A DNA stretch of 64,000 nucleotides, taken from the NCBI GenBank assembly GCA_964635215.1, contig CAZWNJ010000001.1, forward strand, positions 254,741 to 318,740, read 5' to 3'. This DNA is from an uncultured Candidatus Peribacteria bacterium (GTDB lineage Bacteria; Patescibacteriota; Gracilibacteria; Peribacterales; Peribacteraceae). Below the pieces are notes generated by a model. The model was given only the letters and a program-made list of their open reading frames with translations, searched no databases and was not told the DNA's origin. A program made the position numbers and the translations under genes. Position 1 is the first letter of the stretch, and each line of letters opens with the position of its first letter. Positions 44,660-56,448 of this stretch are shown piece after piece.

Positions 44660-44911
44660 GTGACACATTTCTTCTACCTCGCGCGCTGCGCGGACGGCTC
44701 GCTCTACGCCGGCACCTGCCTCGATCTGGCCGAGCGCGAGGCGAAGCACAACGACGGTACGGGCGCGAAGTATACCCGCTCGCGGCGGCCGGTGACGATC
44801 GTGTACCACGAGGAATGCCCCACACTCTCGGCCGTGCGGAAGCGCGAGGCAGCAGTAAAGAAGCTGACGAGAGACGCCAAGGAGCGCCTGATCAGCAGGG
44901 CGGGCGAGTGA
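44660..44911 (+). CDS. GIY-YIG nuclease family protein (UPF0213/YhbQ-like)
   Basis: FFYLARCADGSLYAGTCLDLAEREAKHNDGTGAKYTRSRRP...KREAAVKK. I prefer the GTG at 44660, because the ORF-track TTG at 44642 lies inside the terminator T-run. Confidence 0.82.
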   Translation: MTHFFYLARCADGSLYAGTCLDLAEREAKHNDGTGAKYTRSRRPVTIVYHEECPTLSAVRKREAAVKKLTRDAKERLISRAGE

Positions 44912-45442
44912 TTACTGGGCGAGGATCACGACCTCGCGGCCCTCAGCCGGCAGACCCTTGAGCTTATACTCGGCCACCTGCTCCTTGCCGAGTGCGCCGA
45001 CGGCCTTGAGGACGTCGTTCTCGATCTTGCCGCCTTCACCAGGGAAGAGCACGAGGACGCGCGGATCGACTTCGTCGACGATTGCCTGGACGCGCTTGGC
45101 GTCCTGGGCGGGCAGCGCCAGTACGGCGATATCGCCGAGCTTCTCGATGTCGGCTTCAATCCAATCGGTCAGCGGCGCGGCGAGGAGGGCAACACGCGTG
45201 TCGTCGGCGACGAGCACGAATGAAACGTGCTGGCCTTCATCCTGACCGATGCCCTTGATGGAGATGCCGGCGCGGTCGTACTCACCCGGCCACGAGATGA
45301 CGGGATCCTTCGGCTCCTCTTCGGGTACAGCCTGGAGGACAATGTCCTTCTCTTGGGCATCCTTGGATGCAAAGGCAGTGATGGGACGAGCGGCGCCGAT
45401 CAGACGTAGGCCGGAACCGGAGGTGGCGAGGAAGGTGAGCAT
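44912..45442 (-). CDS. hypothetical protein (possibly a degenerate MBL-fold-like protein)
   Basis: 176-aa ORF. The N-terminus MLTFLATSGSGLRLIG resembles UPF0173/MBL-fold starts, but no HxHxDH motif is present. Confidence 0.55.
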   Translation of the reverse strand: MLTFLATSGSGLRLIGAARPITAFASKDAQEKDIVLQAVPEEEPKDPVISWPGEYDRAGISIKGIGQDEGQHVSFVLVADDTRVALLAAPLTDWIEADIEKLGDIAVLALPAQDAKRVQAIVDEVDPRVLVLFPGEGGKIENDVLKAVGALGKEQVAEYKLKGLPAEGREVVILAQ

Positions 45443-45481
45443 CGAGCGGGAGTGTAGCGGAGGAGAGGCAGCTCTGCACGG

Positions 45482-46762
45482 TCAGGCGACCGGCGACGAC
45501 GTGATGCGTTCCATGCGGGCGCCGAGGTTCCGCAGCTTCTCGTCGAAGCGGTCGTAGCCGCGTTCGATGTAGCGGACATCGGTGATGACCGTCTCGCCTT
45601 CGGCGCAGAGCCCGGCCACGACCATGGCGGCGCCGGCGCGGATGTCGTTGCTGGAAACGATCTGGCCCTTGAGCTGGGTGGGTCCGATGATCAGGGCTTG
45701 GTGGGCGTTCAAAATCTCGATGTGGGCGCCCATTTTCTCCAGTTCGAACAGGTAGCCGAGGCGGCCGTCGTAGAGGCGCTCGAACATGCGCGAGACGCCC
45801 TTGGATTGGGTCATGAGCACGCCGACGGGGGCCTGGAGATCGGTGTGGAAGCCGGGGTGGATGTTCGTGCGGACCTGGAGGGCATTGAGCATCGACAATT
45901 CACCGTCGATGAAGAGCGTCTTGGCGGCGGGGTCGTACGTCCAGATGGCGCCGGAGTTTTTGAGCGTTTCGAGGAAGAGGAAGAGGTCCTCGCGCTCGAT
46001 GTCGTGCAGGCGCACCTTACCCTTGGTCACGAGCGCGGCCACCGTGAAGGTACCGGCCTCGAGGTAATCGAAGGGAACGCGGGCGGTGACGGCCGAGAGT
46101 TTCTTCTTGCCGCGGATGATGATGGTGTGCGTGCCGATGCCTTCCACTTCGGCGCCCATGGCCTTCACCATCTTGCAGACGGCCTGGACATGCGGCTCGG
46201 CGGCGGCCAGATCGATGCGCGTCTCGCCCTCGGTGAGGGCGGCGGCCATAACGGCGTTTTCGGTGGCCGTGACGGAGAATTCCGGCAGGATGACGTGGCC
46301 CGCCTTGGGTTGGCCCTGCAAATGGAGCACGTCGCGATTGCTCATGTTCGTCACGCCCATCTGTTCGAAGGCCGACGTGTGCGCCTCGGCGCCGCGCTTC
46401 TTGCTGATGACATCGCCGCCCGGGTAAGCCATCTCGGCCACGCCGAAGCGCGCGAGCATGGGTCCCAGCAGCACGATGGAGGCGCGCAGTTTGCTGGTGA
46501 GCTCGAGCGGGATCGGCTGGTACTTCAGGTTGCGCGTGGAGACGCGGACGGTGGAGCCTTCGAAGCTCGTCTCGGCACCGAGGTGCTCGAGCATCTTCAG
46601 CATGATGATCGTGTCCGACAGACGCGGCACGTTTTCGACGACTGTCTCACCATCGGCGAGGAGCGTGGCGGCCAGCATGGGGAGCGTGGCATTCTTTGAA
46701 CCGCTGATGGTGACTTCGCCCTGGAGCGGCACGCCGCCCTGGATGCGGTAACGGATATCCAT
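45482..46762 (-). CDS. murA: UDP-N-acetylglucosamine 1-carboxyvinyltransferase
   Basis: MDIRYRIQGGVPLQGEVTISGSKNATLPMLAATLLADGETVVENVPRLSD. 426 aa. Confidence 0.95.
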   Translation of the reverse strand: MDIRYRIQGGVPLQGEVTISGSKNATLPMLAATLLADGETVVENVPRLSDTIIMLKMLEHLGAETSFEGSTVRVSTRNLKYQPIPLELTSKLRASIVLLGPMLARFGVAEMAYPGGDVISKKRGAEAHTSAFEQMGVTNMSNRDVLHLQGQPKAGHVILPEFSVTATENAVMAAALTEGETRIDLAAAEPHVQAVCKMVKAMGAEVEGIGTHTIIIRGKKKLSAVTARVPFDYLEAGTFTVAALVTKGKVRLHDIEREDLFLFLETLKNSGAIWTYDPAAKTLFIDGELSMLNALQVRTNIHPGFHTDLQAPVGVLMTQSKGVSRMFERLYDGRLGYLFELEKMGAHIEILNAHQALIIGPTQLKGQIVSSNDIRAGAAMVVAGLCAEGETVITDVRYIERGYDRFDEKLRNLGARMERITSSPVA

Positions 46763-46929
46763 GCCCGCAGTCTACCCCATAGCGGGGGTTTGCCAATAGT
46801 GTGCTCTATGTCGTTATAGAATATTTTTGGCTGGCTGTATGGCCATTTTTTCCTTTTGTAGCAGCGGAAATAGCCCCATACACATTAATGGTCAATTTCG
46901 AGGCTGTTGTATCTCCTTCTGGAACGGGC

Positions 46930-47904
46930 TCAGGGCTGAGTCGCGAGCGCAAAACGGGTACAGAGAAGTCCGCGGTGCGTATTGGTCTCGAGGTCGCGCG
47001 TGAATTCCAAGAGGGCGCCGGCGGCTCGCTCGCGCTGGCCGGGGTCAATCTCACGTAGGCCAAGGTGGAGGTGGTGCAAGAGGGCCTCGCCCTGCGGGCC
47101 GCGCTTGGCGAGCGGCTCCAGAATCTTCAAGCGACCGGTGAGTGTCTTTTCGTTGAAGAAGGCGCGGGCGGTGGTGTGGAGAACGCGGGCGTCGCGGCGG
47201 GCGTCGGGATCGGCGAGGAGGCTCTTCACCAGGCCGGGAGCGCCTTGGGAGAGGTGGAGCAGGAAGCCCTGCTCGTCTTGCGGTTCATCCTGGAGGAGTG
47301 GCAGGAGCTCGCGGTGGGGCAGCGGCGAGAAGTGGAGGATGCGGCAGCGCGAGACGACGGTTGGCAGGAGCGTCTCGATCTGCTGGGTCGTCAGAATGAA
47401 CGTGCGGCCGGGTGGCGGTTCTTCGAGGATCTTGAGGAGGGCGTTGGCAGCCTCGTCCTGCATGCGCTCGACTGAGCGGATGAGGCAGAAGCGACGCGGG
47501 CTGGAACCCGTCGAAAGAAACCGTTCCTGAATAGCGCGGACGTCGTCGATACTGATGGTGTCGGTCTTCATGGGTGGCTCGCGTTTGCTGCGGTGCTCCT
47601 GGGGCACGTTCGAGGTCTTGGCGATGACGTCCCAGTCGTCGCAGATGCCGTCCATCCAGAGTTGATCAAGCACGAGCAGGTCGCTGTGGATGAGGCGCTC
47701 GAGCTGGTGGAGGGCGGCAGGGCGTTCCTCCGGCGGCAGGTCCCGCGTCAGAGCCTCGCGCGCCAGCCAGTGGGCGACGGCAAATTTGCCGACGTGCCGC
47801 GGGCCCGAGAAGAGGTAAGCGTGGGCGAGGTTATCGCTCGCCAGATCGCGCAGGAGCGAATCGCGCTGGTGGCGGTGGCCGATGAGGTCAGGCGGGACGG
47901 TCAC
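46930..47904 (-). CDS. holB: DNA polymerase III delta-prime subunit
   Basis: HAYLFSGPRHVGKFAVAHWLAREAL (P-loop-like), ANALLKILEEPP and TVVSRC (sensor) motifs. Confidence 0.88.
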   Translation of the reverse strand: MTVPPDLIGHRHQRDSLLRDLASDNLAHAYLFSGPRHVGKFAVAHWLAREALTRDLPPEERPAALHQLERLIHSDLLVLDQLWMDGICDDWDVIAKTSNVPQEHRSKREPPMKTDTISIDDVRAIQERFLSTGSSPRRFCLIRSVERMQDEAANALLKILEEPPPGRTFILTTQQIETLLPTVVSRCRILHFSPLPHRELLPLLQDEPQDEQGFLLHLSQGAPGLVKSLLADPDARRDARVLHTTARAFFNEKTLTGRLKILEPLAKRGPQGEALLHHLHLGLREIDPGQRERAAGALLEFTRDLETNTHRGLLCTRFALATQP

Positions 47905-47949
47905 GGGGCCAGGGTATCACTTCGTTTGAATAGCAGGGGCAGAACCGTT

Positions 47950-47978
47950 GAAAAAACGGACGCGCTGGGCGCGTCCGT
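47950..47978 (-). terminator. rho-independent terminator after the 47995-48444 gene
   Basis: On the minus strand: ACGGACGCG-CCCAG-CGCGTCCGT followed by TTTTTTC. Confidence 0.8.
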
Positions 47979-47994
47979 CGGGGCGATGTCGGGA

Positions 47995-48444
47995 TCAGCC
48001 GCCTTCGCCATGGCGGGTCTTTGGGAAGATGTCCGGGCCTTTTTTGACCAGTTTCTTGATGGCCCGGCGCCTTTCGTAGGCTTTGATGAGGGTGACGATC
48101 GAGCCGATCTGTTCGTGGTCGAGGTAGTAGCTCGTCTGCGGTCCCTTTTCGGAGGTTTTCTTACCCACTCGGTTGTGCTCGTCATCATCCCAGAAGTAGC
48201 AGTTCCAGTTATCGCCGACTTTCACGAAGATGCTGGTGAGTGTCACTTCTTCGTTATCGAGCACATAGACGATGCGGAGACGATGCGGTTCTGGGCATGA
48301 TTTGATCTGGCGGCAGTGTGCGTCACTCGCACGCGCTTGGGCGACGATGGTGACGGCATCTGCTCGTCCCATCAGGTAGATGCGCTTCGTGGGGGCGGCG
48401 GGGTCGGCCTTGATGGTGGCCGGTCGATCGAGGATCTCGAGCAT
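47995..48444 (-). CDS. hypothetical protein (orphan with its own promoter, operator-like palindrome, Shine-Dalgarno and terminator)
   Basis: 149-aa ORF with GC3 bias. AGGAGG lies 8 nt upstream of the ATG, and the gene is flanked by a promoter and a terminator. Confidence 0.65.
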   Translation of the reverse strand: MLEILDRPATIKADPAAPTKRIYLMGRADAVTIVAQARASDAHCRQIKSCPEPHRLRIVYVLDNEEVTLTSIFVKVGDNWNCYFWDDDEHNRVGKKTSEKGPQTSYYLDHEQIGSIVTLIKAYERRRAIKKLVKKGPDIFPKTRHGEGG

Positions 48445-48483
48445 GGGTTCTTCCTCCTGTGCTATGAACGGGCGAACGACAGT

Positions 48484-48545
48484 AGTCCTGACACTAAAAT
48501 TATTATCAATTAAAATTGATATTTGTCAACTATTCACGACAGGAC

Positions 48546-48546
<1 letters not shown>
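48484..48546 (-). promoter_or_regulatory. sigma70-like promoter with embedded perfect inverted repeat (candidate operator)
   Basis: On the minus strand: TTGACA (48524-48529), 16-nt spacer, GATAAT (48502-48507). The palindrome ATCAATT-AA-AATTGAT (48505-48520) lies within the spacer and -10. Outer inverted repeat: AGTCCTG (48484-48490) and CAGGACT (48540-48546). Confidence 0.5.
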
Positions 48547-51257
<2,711 letters not shown>

Positions 51258-51316
51258 GGGGCACGGAGTATAGCGAGTGAAATGAAAGAAAGCGTCAAAA
51301 AAACTTCCCGGATATC

Positions 51317-51925
51317 CTACCATCCCCGGCCGTACCAGGGGTCGATGGGGGCTTTGGCCGGTTTGGCGTTGGCGAGCAAGGCGGGCAAGACGGCTGCGAT
51401 TGGGCGCAGGGGCGCTTCGATGAGGCCAAGAGGAGCCAGAATCTCGCGTTGGGCGGGAATGAGTTCGCCGGCCCAGGGGGCGCCTTGTAGGGGGAGTGAG
51501 AGGAGGGCGTCGGCGCGAGAGAGTGTGGGTTCGGAAAAGTGCGTGGCCAGGGCACCAAAGCCGCGGGCGAAGAGTTGATCGTTTCGGGTGCTGTGGAGCC
51601 ACAGGAGATCGGCGCCCTCCACCCGGGCGCGCATGACGTCGCTGCCGTGGATGGGGAGTATTGGGATCGTTCGTTCCCAAGCGAGTGCGTTGCAAGCCGC
51701 GACGGCCACGCGCAGGCTCGTGAATCCACCGGGTCCTGTAACGCAGGCGATGTGTGTCAGCGTCTCGAAGGAGAGGCCTGCCTCAGCCAGTACAGCCTCG
51801 AGCAGCGGCACGAGTCCGTCGTCGCGCAGGCGGTGATCGGCCGCGCGGAGGGCGAGCGTCCGGTCGTCGTCGACAACGGCGACGGCACCATCATGGTGGG
51901 CGAGGTCGAGGAAGAGGGTACGCAT
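51317..51925 (-). CDS. tsaB: tRNA threonylcarbamoyladenosine biosynthesis protein TsaB
   Basis: [18 protein letters not shown]...[28 protein letters not shown] is the YeaZ/TsaB pattern. Confidence 0.82.
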   Translation of the reverse strand: MRTLFLDLAHHDGAVAVVDDDRTLALRAADHRLRDDGLVPLLEAVLAEAGLSFETLTHIACVTGPGGFTSLRVAVAACNALAWERTIPILPIHGSDVMRARVEGADLLWLHSTRNDQLFARGFGALATHFSEPTLSRADALLSLPLQGAPWAGELIPAQREILAPLGLIEAPLRPIAAVLPALLANAKPAKAPIDPWYGRGW

Positions 51926-51959
51926 GTCGCAGGCATCCTATCCCGGCGGCAGTGCCGAC

Positions 51960-51992
51960 GACAAAAGGCCGCAACGATCGATACGTTGCGGC
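51960..51992 (-). terminator. rho-independent terminator after the 52014-52313 gene
   Basis: On the minus strand: GCCGCAACG-TATCGAT-CGTTGCGGC followed by CTTTTG. Confidence 0.65.
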
Positions 51993-52013
51993 GAGTGTGG
52001 TTGGTTGCCCGGC

Positions 52014-52313
52014 TCAGGCCAGGTCAATGTCAATCAGCTCCCTCTCGTCGTGATCCGGCTCATTCCGGATATCCTCGAGGTAGCTGTTGCTGCAGGGCAG
52101 GACGATGCCTCCGGCCCGGCGGATCATTTTCAAGAGCCGCACGAGCGATTCCTGACTTCCGTTGTAGCACACGGCCATCTGGAGCTGGCCATCGTCGGTC
52201 GGCGGCCACATGTCCATCCGGAACTCCCAGAACTCCCGGAGGGCGAGGAACCAGGGCAGGTCCCGGGCGGTGTCCAGCTGGATAGTGATGCCCCCCTGCG
52301 GGTGCACGATCAT
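52014..52313 (-). CDS. hypothetical small protein
   Basis: 99-aa ORF. AGGAG lies about 9 nt upstream of the ATG, with TTGACA at 52372-52377 (minus strand) and a terminator downstream. Confidence 0.58.
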   Translation of the reverse strand: MIVHPQGGITIQLDTARDLPWFLALREFWEFRMDMWPPTDDGQLQMAVCYNGSQESLVRLLKMIRRAGGIVLPCSNSYLEDIRNEPDHDERELIDIDLA

Positions 52314-52345
52314 AACGGTCGTCTCCTGCCTGTGAATGGGCTATG

Positions 52346-52377
52346 TGTATTAATACATTAAACATATTTTATGTCAA
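52346..52377 (-). promoter_or_regulatory. promoter region with 12-bp perfect palindrome
   Basis: On the minus strand: TTGACA (52372-52377), 17-nt spacer, ATTAAT. The palindrome TGTATTAATACA (52346-52357) overlaps the -10. Confidence 0.4.
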
Positions 52378-52401
52378 ATAATTCACTCGACCAGGTGGTG
52401 A

Positions 52402-52436
52402 GGCAATACAAGAACCCGGTGCGATGACGCACCGGG
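52402..52436 (-). terminator. probable rho-independent terminator after the 52457-52729 gene
   Basis: CCCGGTGCG-ATGA-CGCACCGGG hairpin. On the minus strand it is followed by TTCTTGTATT. Confidence 0.55.
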
Positions 52437-52456
52437 CGGATTGAACAGGGCTCGAG

Positions 52457-52729
52457 TCAGACTTCGAGCAGGTCAGTGGGCATGTAGGTTTGGTAATCGT
52501 ACGCCAGCTTGACGCCTTGCGGCGGCAGTTTTTTTACGAAAGCGGGCGCAGCAGCCTTGGCGATTTCAATGCCGACCCAGACCCAGTGATCCCACGCGGG
52601 GGCTTCCACCGGCCGTTCGGCGTGGGAGTCGTTCAATTTGAAGACGGTGGCGCCCATGTGGGCGGCATAGGCCGGGAGCCATGCGAACTCGCGAGCGCTA
52701 TGCAGACAGGCCCGAAAGCGAATGATCAT
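52457..52729 (-). CDS. hypothetical small protein
   Basis: 90-aa ORF. AGGAGA lies 8 nt upstream of the ATG, and a hairpin lies downstream. Confidence 0.55.
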   Translation of the reverse strand: MIIRFRACLHSAREFAWLPAYAAHMGATVFKLNDSHAERPVEAPAWDHWVWVGIEIAKAAAPAFVKKLPPQGVKLAYDYQTYMPTDLLEV

Positions 52730-52841
52730 GTGTTTTCTCCTGCGGACGATGGTGAGAAGGATTCTTTTCCTGCCGGGGGCAGGTGGGGCATCCTGTCGTT
52801 CTTCCCTGCCCTGCGCAAGGGGATCGGCCTACAATCCGACC

Positions 52842-53711
52842 GTGCCCGCTCTCTCCGTCGTCATCCCCACTCACCGGCGCGCCGCGCTCCTGAAGGAGGC
52901 GCTCGGACATCTGCAGCGCCAGACCGTTGCCGAGCAGCTAGAGGTGATCGTCATCAGCGATGGTCCCGACGACCAGGCCCGCCAAGCGGCCGAAGCGGTC
53001 GTCATCGGCGGACAGCCGGTGGTGTTTTTGGAGATTCCGAAGTGCCAACAAGGCGTCGCCCGCAACCGCGGCGTCGAGCGGGCGACCGCGCCGCTCGTGC
53101 TCTTTGCACAAGACGACATCTTCCTGGCCCCGGAGGCCTGTGCCGTGCATCTGCGCGCCCATGCTGTTCATCCTGACTCGGCGGTGCTGGGGTTCACGAC
53201 CTGGGATCCAGCCTGCGGCATTTCGCCGGTGATGACGTGGCTTGAGGCGACGGGCTGGCAGTTTGGGTATCCCCAACTGCAACCCTACGTCCGGCGCCAG
53301 ATCCCGCCGGCGATCCAACACCGCTACACCTACACCTCACACATCAGTCTGCCGACGAAGACAGCCAAGTGCATCGCCTTCCGCGAGGACGTGACGCTCT
53401 ACGGTTGGGAGGACATTGAGTGGGGAATGCGCCTGAAGAAAGACGGCGTGCCGCTCATCTATGAGCCCGACGCCACCGCCCTCCACCACCACCACTTGGA
53501 GCTCACCGATTCACTGAAGCGTATGGAGACGATCGGCCGGTCAGCCGTGCACATCGAGACGATCTGTCCGGAGCTGCGGGTCGTGCCACGCGGTTGGAAG
53601 GCCTGGGCCTACCGGGCTATGGCATGTCTGCCGACCATGCGTGGAAGGCATACTTCAGCCTTCCTTACAGGGGTGATGTCAGGTCTGGCTAACATCCCCC
53701 AGTCTCGCTAG
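52842..53711 (+). CDS. glycosyltransferase family 2
   Basis: A GTG at 52842 gives PALSVVIPTHRRAALLKEALGHLQRQT, VIVISDGPDD, FAQDDIF (DxD) and GWEDIEWGMRL. Confidence 0.85.
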   Translation: MPALSVVIPTHRRAALLKEALGHLQRQTVAEQLEVIVISDGPDDQARQAAEAVVIGGQPVVFLEIPKCQQGVARNRGVERATAPLVLFAQDDIFLAPEACAVHLRAHAVHPDSAVLGFTTWDPACGISPVMTWLEATGWQFGYPQLQPYVRRQIPPAIQHRYTYTSHISLPTKTAKCIAFREDVTLYGWEDIEWGMRLKKDGVPLIYEPDATALHHHHLELTDSLKRMETIGRSAVHIETICPELRVVPRGWKAWAYRAMACLPTMRGRHTSAFLTGVMSGLANIPQSR

Positions 53712-53763
53712 ACTCGGCTCAGTATCGATCTTCACCCCGGTCTTTCCAGCAAAGGAGTCATGC

Positions 53764-54135
53764 ATGACGCTCGACATCTTGTCGAACGACGAGCGGCACA
53801 AAATCCGCTCCCACGCCAACCGTCTCTTCCTCGATCATTGCGATCTCGGTCTCTATGTCCGAAGCCGTCTCCTCGCGATCGCCAATGACGGGCAGCACTT
53901 TGCGTTCGTCGACGACGACACGAGCACGCTCTTCGTGTGCCGCATGAGTACGCCGACGCTCTTCGTCGAAATCGGACGTCTCGTGGCATTCGAAGCCGAA
54001 AGCTACGCCGAACTCGAATGGGACGACAGTCGACTCGCTCTCCTTGGGGTCTATCACTGCCAGCTCCATGGGCGGCAGCGCCGGCGGTACGAGACCGTCT
54101 GGCTTCCCGAAGAAAAACTCGTCGCCTGTGCGTGA
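53764..54135 (+). CDS. hypothetical protein
   Basis: 123-aa ORF. AAGGAG lies 7 nt upstream of the ATG, and a strong terminator follows. Confidence 0.6.
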   Translation: MTLDILSNDERHKIRSHANRLFLDHCDLGLYVRSRLLAIANDGQHFAFVDDDTSTLFVCRMSTPTLFVEIGRLVAFEAESYAELEWDDSRLALLGVYHCQLHGRQRRRYETVWLPEEKLVACA

Positions 54136-54159
54136 ACACCCTCTGTCTGATCGATGCCC

Positions 54160-54193
54160 AACCCGGTGGCTTGCCACCGGGTTCTTTTCTTTT
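54160..54193 (+). terminator. rho-independent terminator
   Basis: ACCCGGTGG-CTTG-CCACCGGGT followed by TCTTTTCTTTT. Confidence 0.85.
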
Positions 54194-54236
54194 GGCCAAT
54201 GCTTGTTTCTCAGGATTCACCGCGTAGCATTGGCCC

Positions 54237-54803
54237 ATGCGCCTCCTCCTTTCGCTCCCTGTTCTTCTGCTTGTCGCCTGCACTGCCTACGCTCCAGGAC
54301 CGCGCGACGGTGCGTCGTCCTCGTCCGCCGTGGCGCTCCTGCCGACGCCAGCAGGGTTCGAGACCTTCGGGCATCTGAAATGGAACTATGCGCTCTCTTT
54401 GCCGAAGGGATTTGCGCTCGATCAGGGCTCGCTCTCGAATGACGAGCCTCTGACGTCCTTCCGCGGCGGTACGCCGGCCACCGTAGTGCGTGTACTCGTG
54501 ACACCCGTGACGCAGACGACGCTCGCCGAGGCGCTGGCCGCGCGCGATGCCGTCTCGGCTCACGCCTGGGAGAGCCAACCAAGTATCGCCGTGCAGTCCT
54601 CAAGCGGTGTGACGGTCGCTGGTCTGTCCGGGATCGAGCGTCGTGAAAGCCAGCTGGCCGCCGGTTTCGACGTGGAGGCAACGTACGTTCTCCATGCCGG
54701 TCGCCTCTACCGCTTCTCGACCGAGCCCTACGACAGCGAGACGCTCCTGCCCGCTCAGATCGACCTGCACCATCAGATCGTGAAGACGATTCAATTCCTC
54801 TAA
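54237..54803 (+). CDS. putative lipoprotein
   Basis: MRLLLSLPVLLLVAC has a lipobox (LVAC). 188 aa. Confidence 0.65.
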   Translation: MRLLLSLPVLLLVACTAYAPGPRDGASSSSAVALLPTPAGFETFGHLKWNYALSLPKGFALDQGSLSNDEPLTSFRGGTPATVVRVLVTPVTQTTLAEALAARDAVSAHAWESQPSIAVQSSSGVTVAGLSGIERRESQLAAGFDVEATYVLHAGRLYRFSTEPYDSETLLPAQIDLHHQIVKTIQFL

Positions 54804-54933
54804 AGCGGGCCGAAAATCGGTTGCGCAAAAGCACAGTCCTCTGTACCATTGAGGAAACATTGACGCTTAGATTATCTGACTGTTCCTTATGATAGGAACG
54901 GTCGATTCACTCGTCTTTATTCCCCTTCATCCC

Positions 54934-56322
54934 ATGCGCGCCTCATTCCTCGCCGCCATCAACCAGATCTGTTCCGAGAAGAACGTCTCGGCCGATCAGG
55001 TCATCGAAGCCGTCAAGCAAGCGATTGCTACGGCCTACCGCAAAGACTACGGCAATAAGGAGCAGGAAATCCGCGTCGACTTCGAGGAGGGCAAGGACAT
55101 GCCGACGATCCTCGTGGTGAAGGAAGTGGTCGAGACCGTCGAGAACGAGAACTTCGAAGTGGGCATCAAGGACGCCAAGCGCGTGAAGCCCGACTCTGAA
55201 GTGGGTGATGAAATCACGATCGACGTGACGCCCGCCGGCTACGGTCGCATCGCTGCTCAGGCCGCCAAGCAGGTGATCCTGCAGAAGCTTCAGGAGGCCG
55301 AGCGTCAGAGCCTCTACGAGCGCTTCAAGGATCGCGAGCAACAGCTACTCACGGCTACGGTGACGAAGGTCGACACGAGCTGGGTGACGCTTGAGATCGA
55401 AGGCATGACGGTCAGCTTGCCGTGGCGCGAGCAGATCCCCGGCGAGCACTACTACACGGGTAAGCGCATTCGCGTGTACCTCGACACTGTTGAGTTCACG
55501 GGTAAGGGTCCGCAGCTGCGGATCTCACGCACGCACCCCGAGCTCGTCCGCAAGCTCCTCGAGTTGGAAATCCCCGAAGTCCGCAACGGCGACGTGGAAA
55601 TCCGCGGCATCGCTCGCGATGCCGGTTTCCGCAGCAAGGTGGCCGTGCTCAGCAAGGATCCCCGCATCGATCCAATCGGCGCCTGTGTCGGTCAGAAGGG
55701 CGTGCGCATCCAGGCTGTCATGGAAGAGATCAACGGCGAGCGCGTCGACATGCTCGAGTGGAGCGAGGACCCGATCAAGCTCATCTCCACCGCCCTCCAG
55801 CCCGCCGCCATCTCGGCCGTGATCATCGTGAACGACAAGGAGCAGGTGGACGAGCAGGGCCGTCGCGTGAAGAAGCGCGCCGCCGTCTTCGTCGAAGAGG
55901 CGCAGCGCCCGATGGCCATCGGCAAGAAGGGGCAGAACATCCGCCTGGCGACCGACCTGACCGGCTACGAACTCGACATGTACAACTACGAGGAGCTTCC
56001 GGCCTTCAAGGCGAAGCTCGCGGAACTTCGCGGTGAGCCGCTACCCGAGCCCGAGGTTCAGAATCTGGAGGCTGAACAGGCTGCCGACCAGGCCGAGGAT
56101 CAAGACGGTCTCGTGAAGGAGACGGCCGTGGGCGAGGCGCCGGCCACCGAGATGGTGGCCGAACTGCCGGTCGATGAGACGGGGGCGGCGATGGCAGTGG
56201 ATACGAAGAACGCCGAGCAGACTGTCGAAGGCGCTTCGGGCGAGACGCCCGAGCACGCCGCCGAAAAGCCGAAGAAGAAGGCCGCCAAGAAGCCCGAGGC
56301 CAACGAGCCGCCGGCCGCCTGA
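54934..56322 (+). CDS. nusA: transcription termination/antitermination factor NusA with acidic and Lys-rich C-terminal tail
   Basis: MRASFLAAINQICSEKNVSADQVIEAVKQAIATAYRKDYG, then S1 and two KH domains (GACVGQKGVRIQAV, AIGKKGQNIRLA). Confidence 0.93.
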   Translation: MRASFLAAINQICSEKNVSADQVIEAVKQAIATAYRKDYGNKEQEIRVDFEEGKDMPTILVVKEVVETVENENFEVGIKDAKRVKPDSEVGDEITIDVTPAGYGRIAAQAAKQVILQKLQEAERQSLYERFKDREQQLLTATVTKVDTSWVTLEIEGMTVSLPWREQIPGEHYYTGKRIRVYLDTVEFTGKGPQLRISRTHPELVRKLLELEIPEVRNGDVEIRGIARDAGFRSKVAVLSKDPRIDPIGACVGQKGVRIQAVMEEINGERVDMLEWSEDPIKLISTALQPAAISAVIIVNDKEQVDEQGRRVKKRAAVFVEEAQRPMAIGKKGQNIRLATDLTGYELDMYNYEELPAFKAKLAELRGEPLPEPEVQNLEAEQAADQAEDQDGLVKETAVGEAPATEMVAELPVDETGAAMAVDTKNAEQTVEGASGETPEHAAEKPKKKAAKKPEANEPPAA

Positions 56323-56448
56323 GGCGCTTTCGCCGGTTTTCTGTTGCCCGCCAGAGGCCAGTGCTACAGTTGCCCTCCTGCGGTCCGATTCGGACGCAGG
56401 CTCGCAGCGAAGCGACGCTGCACCGATCTTTGAGGAGGGTCTTGGGTT

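Noticed and set aside
47995-48444. RelE/ParE-like toxin call, based on the strand HRLRIVYVLDNEEVTLTSIFVKVGD.
   Set aside because: Only one short strand resembles the family. The protein is longer than typical toxins and has no adjacent antitoxin-sized partner. The evidence is insufficient without a profile search.
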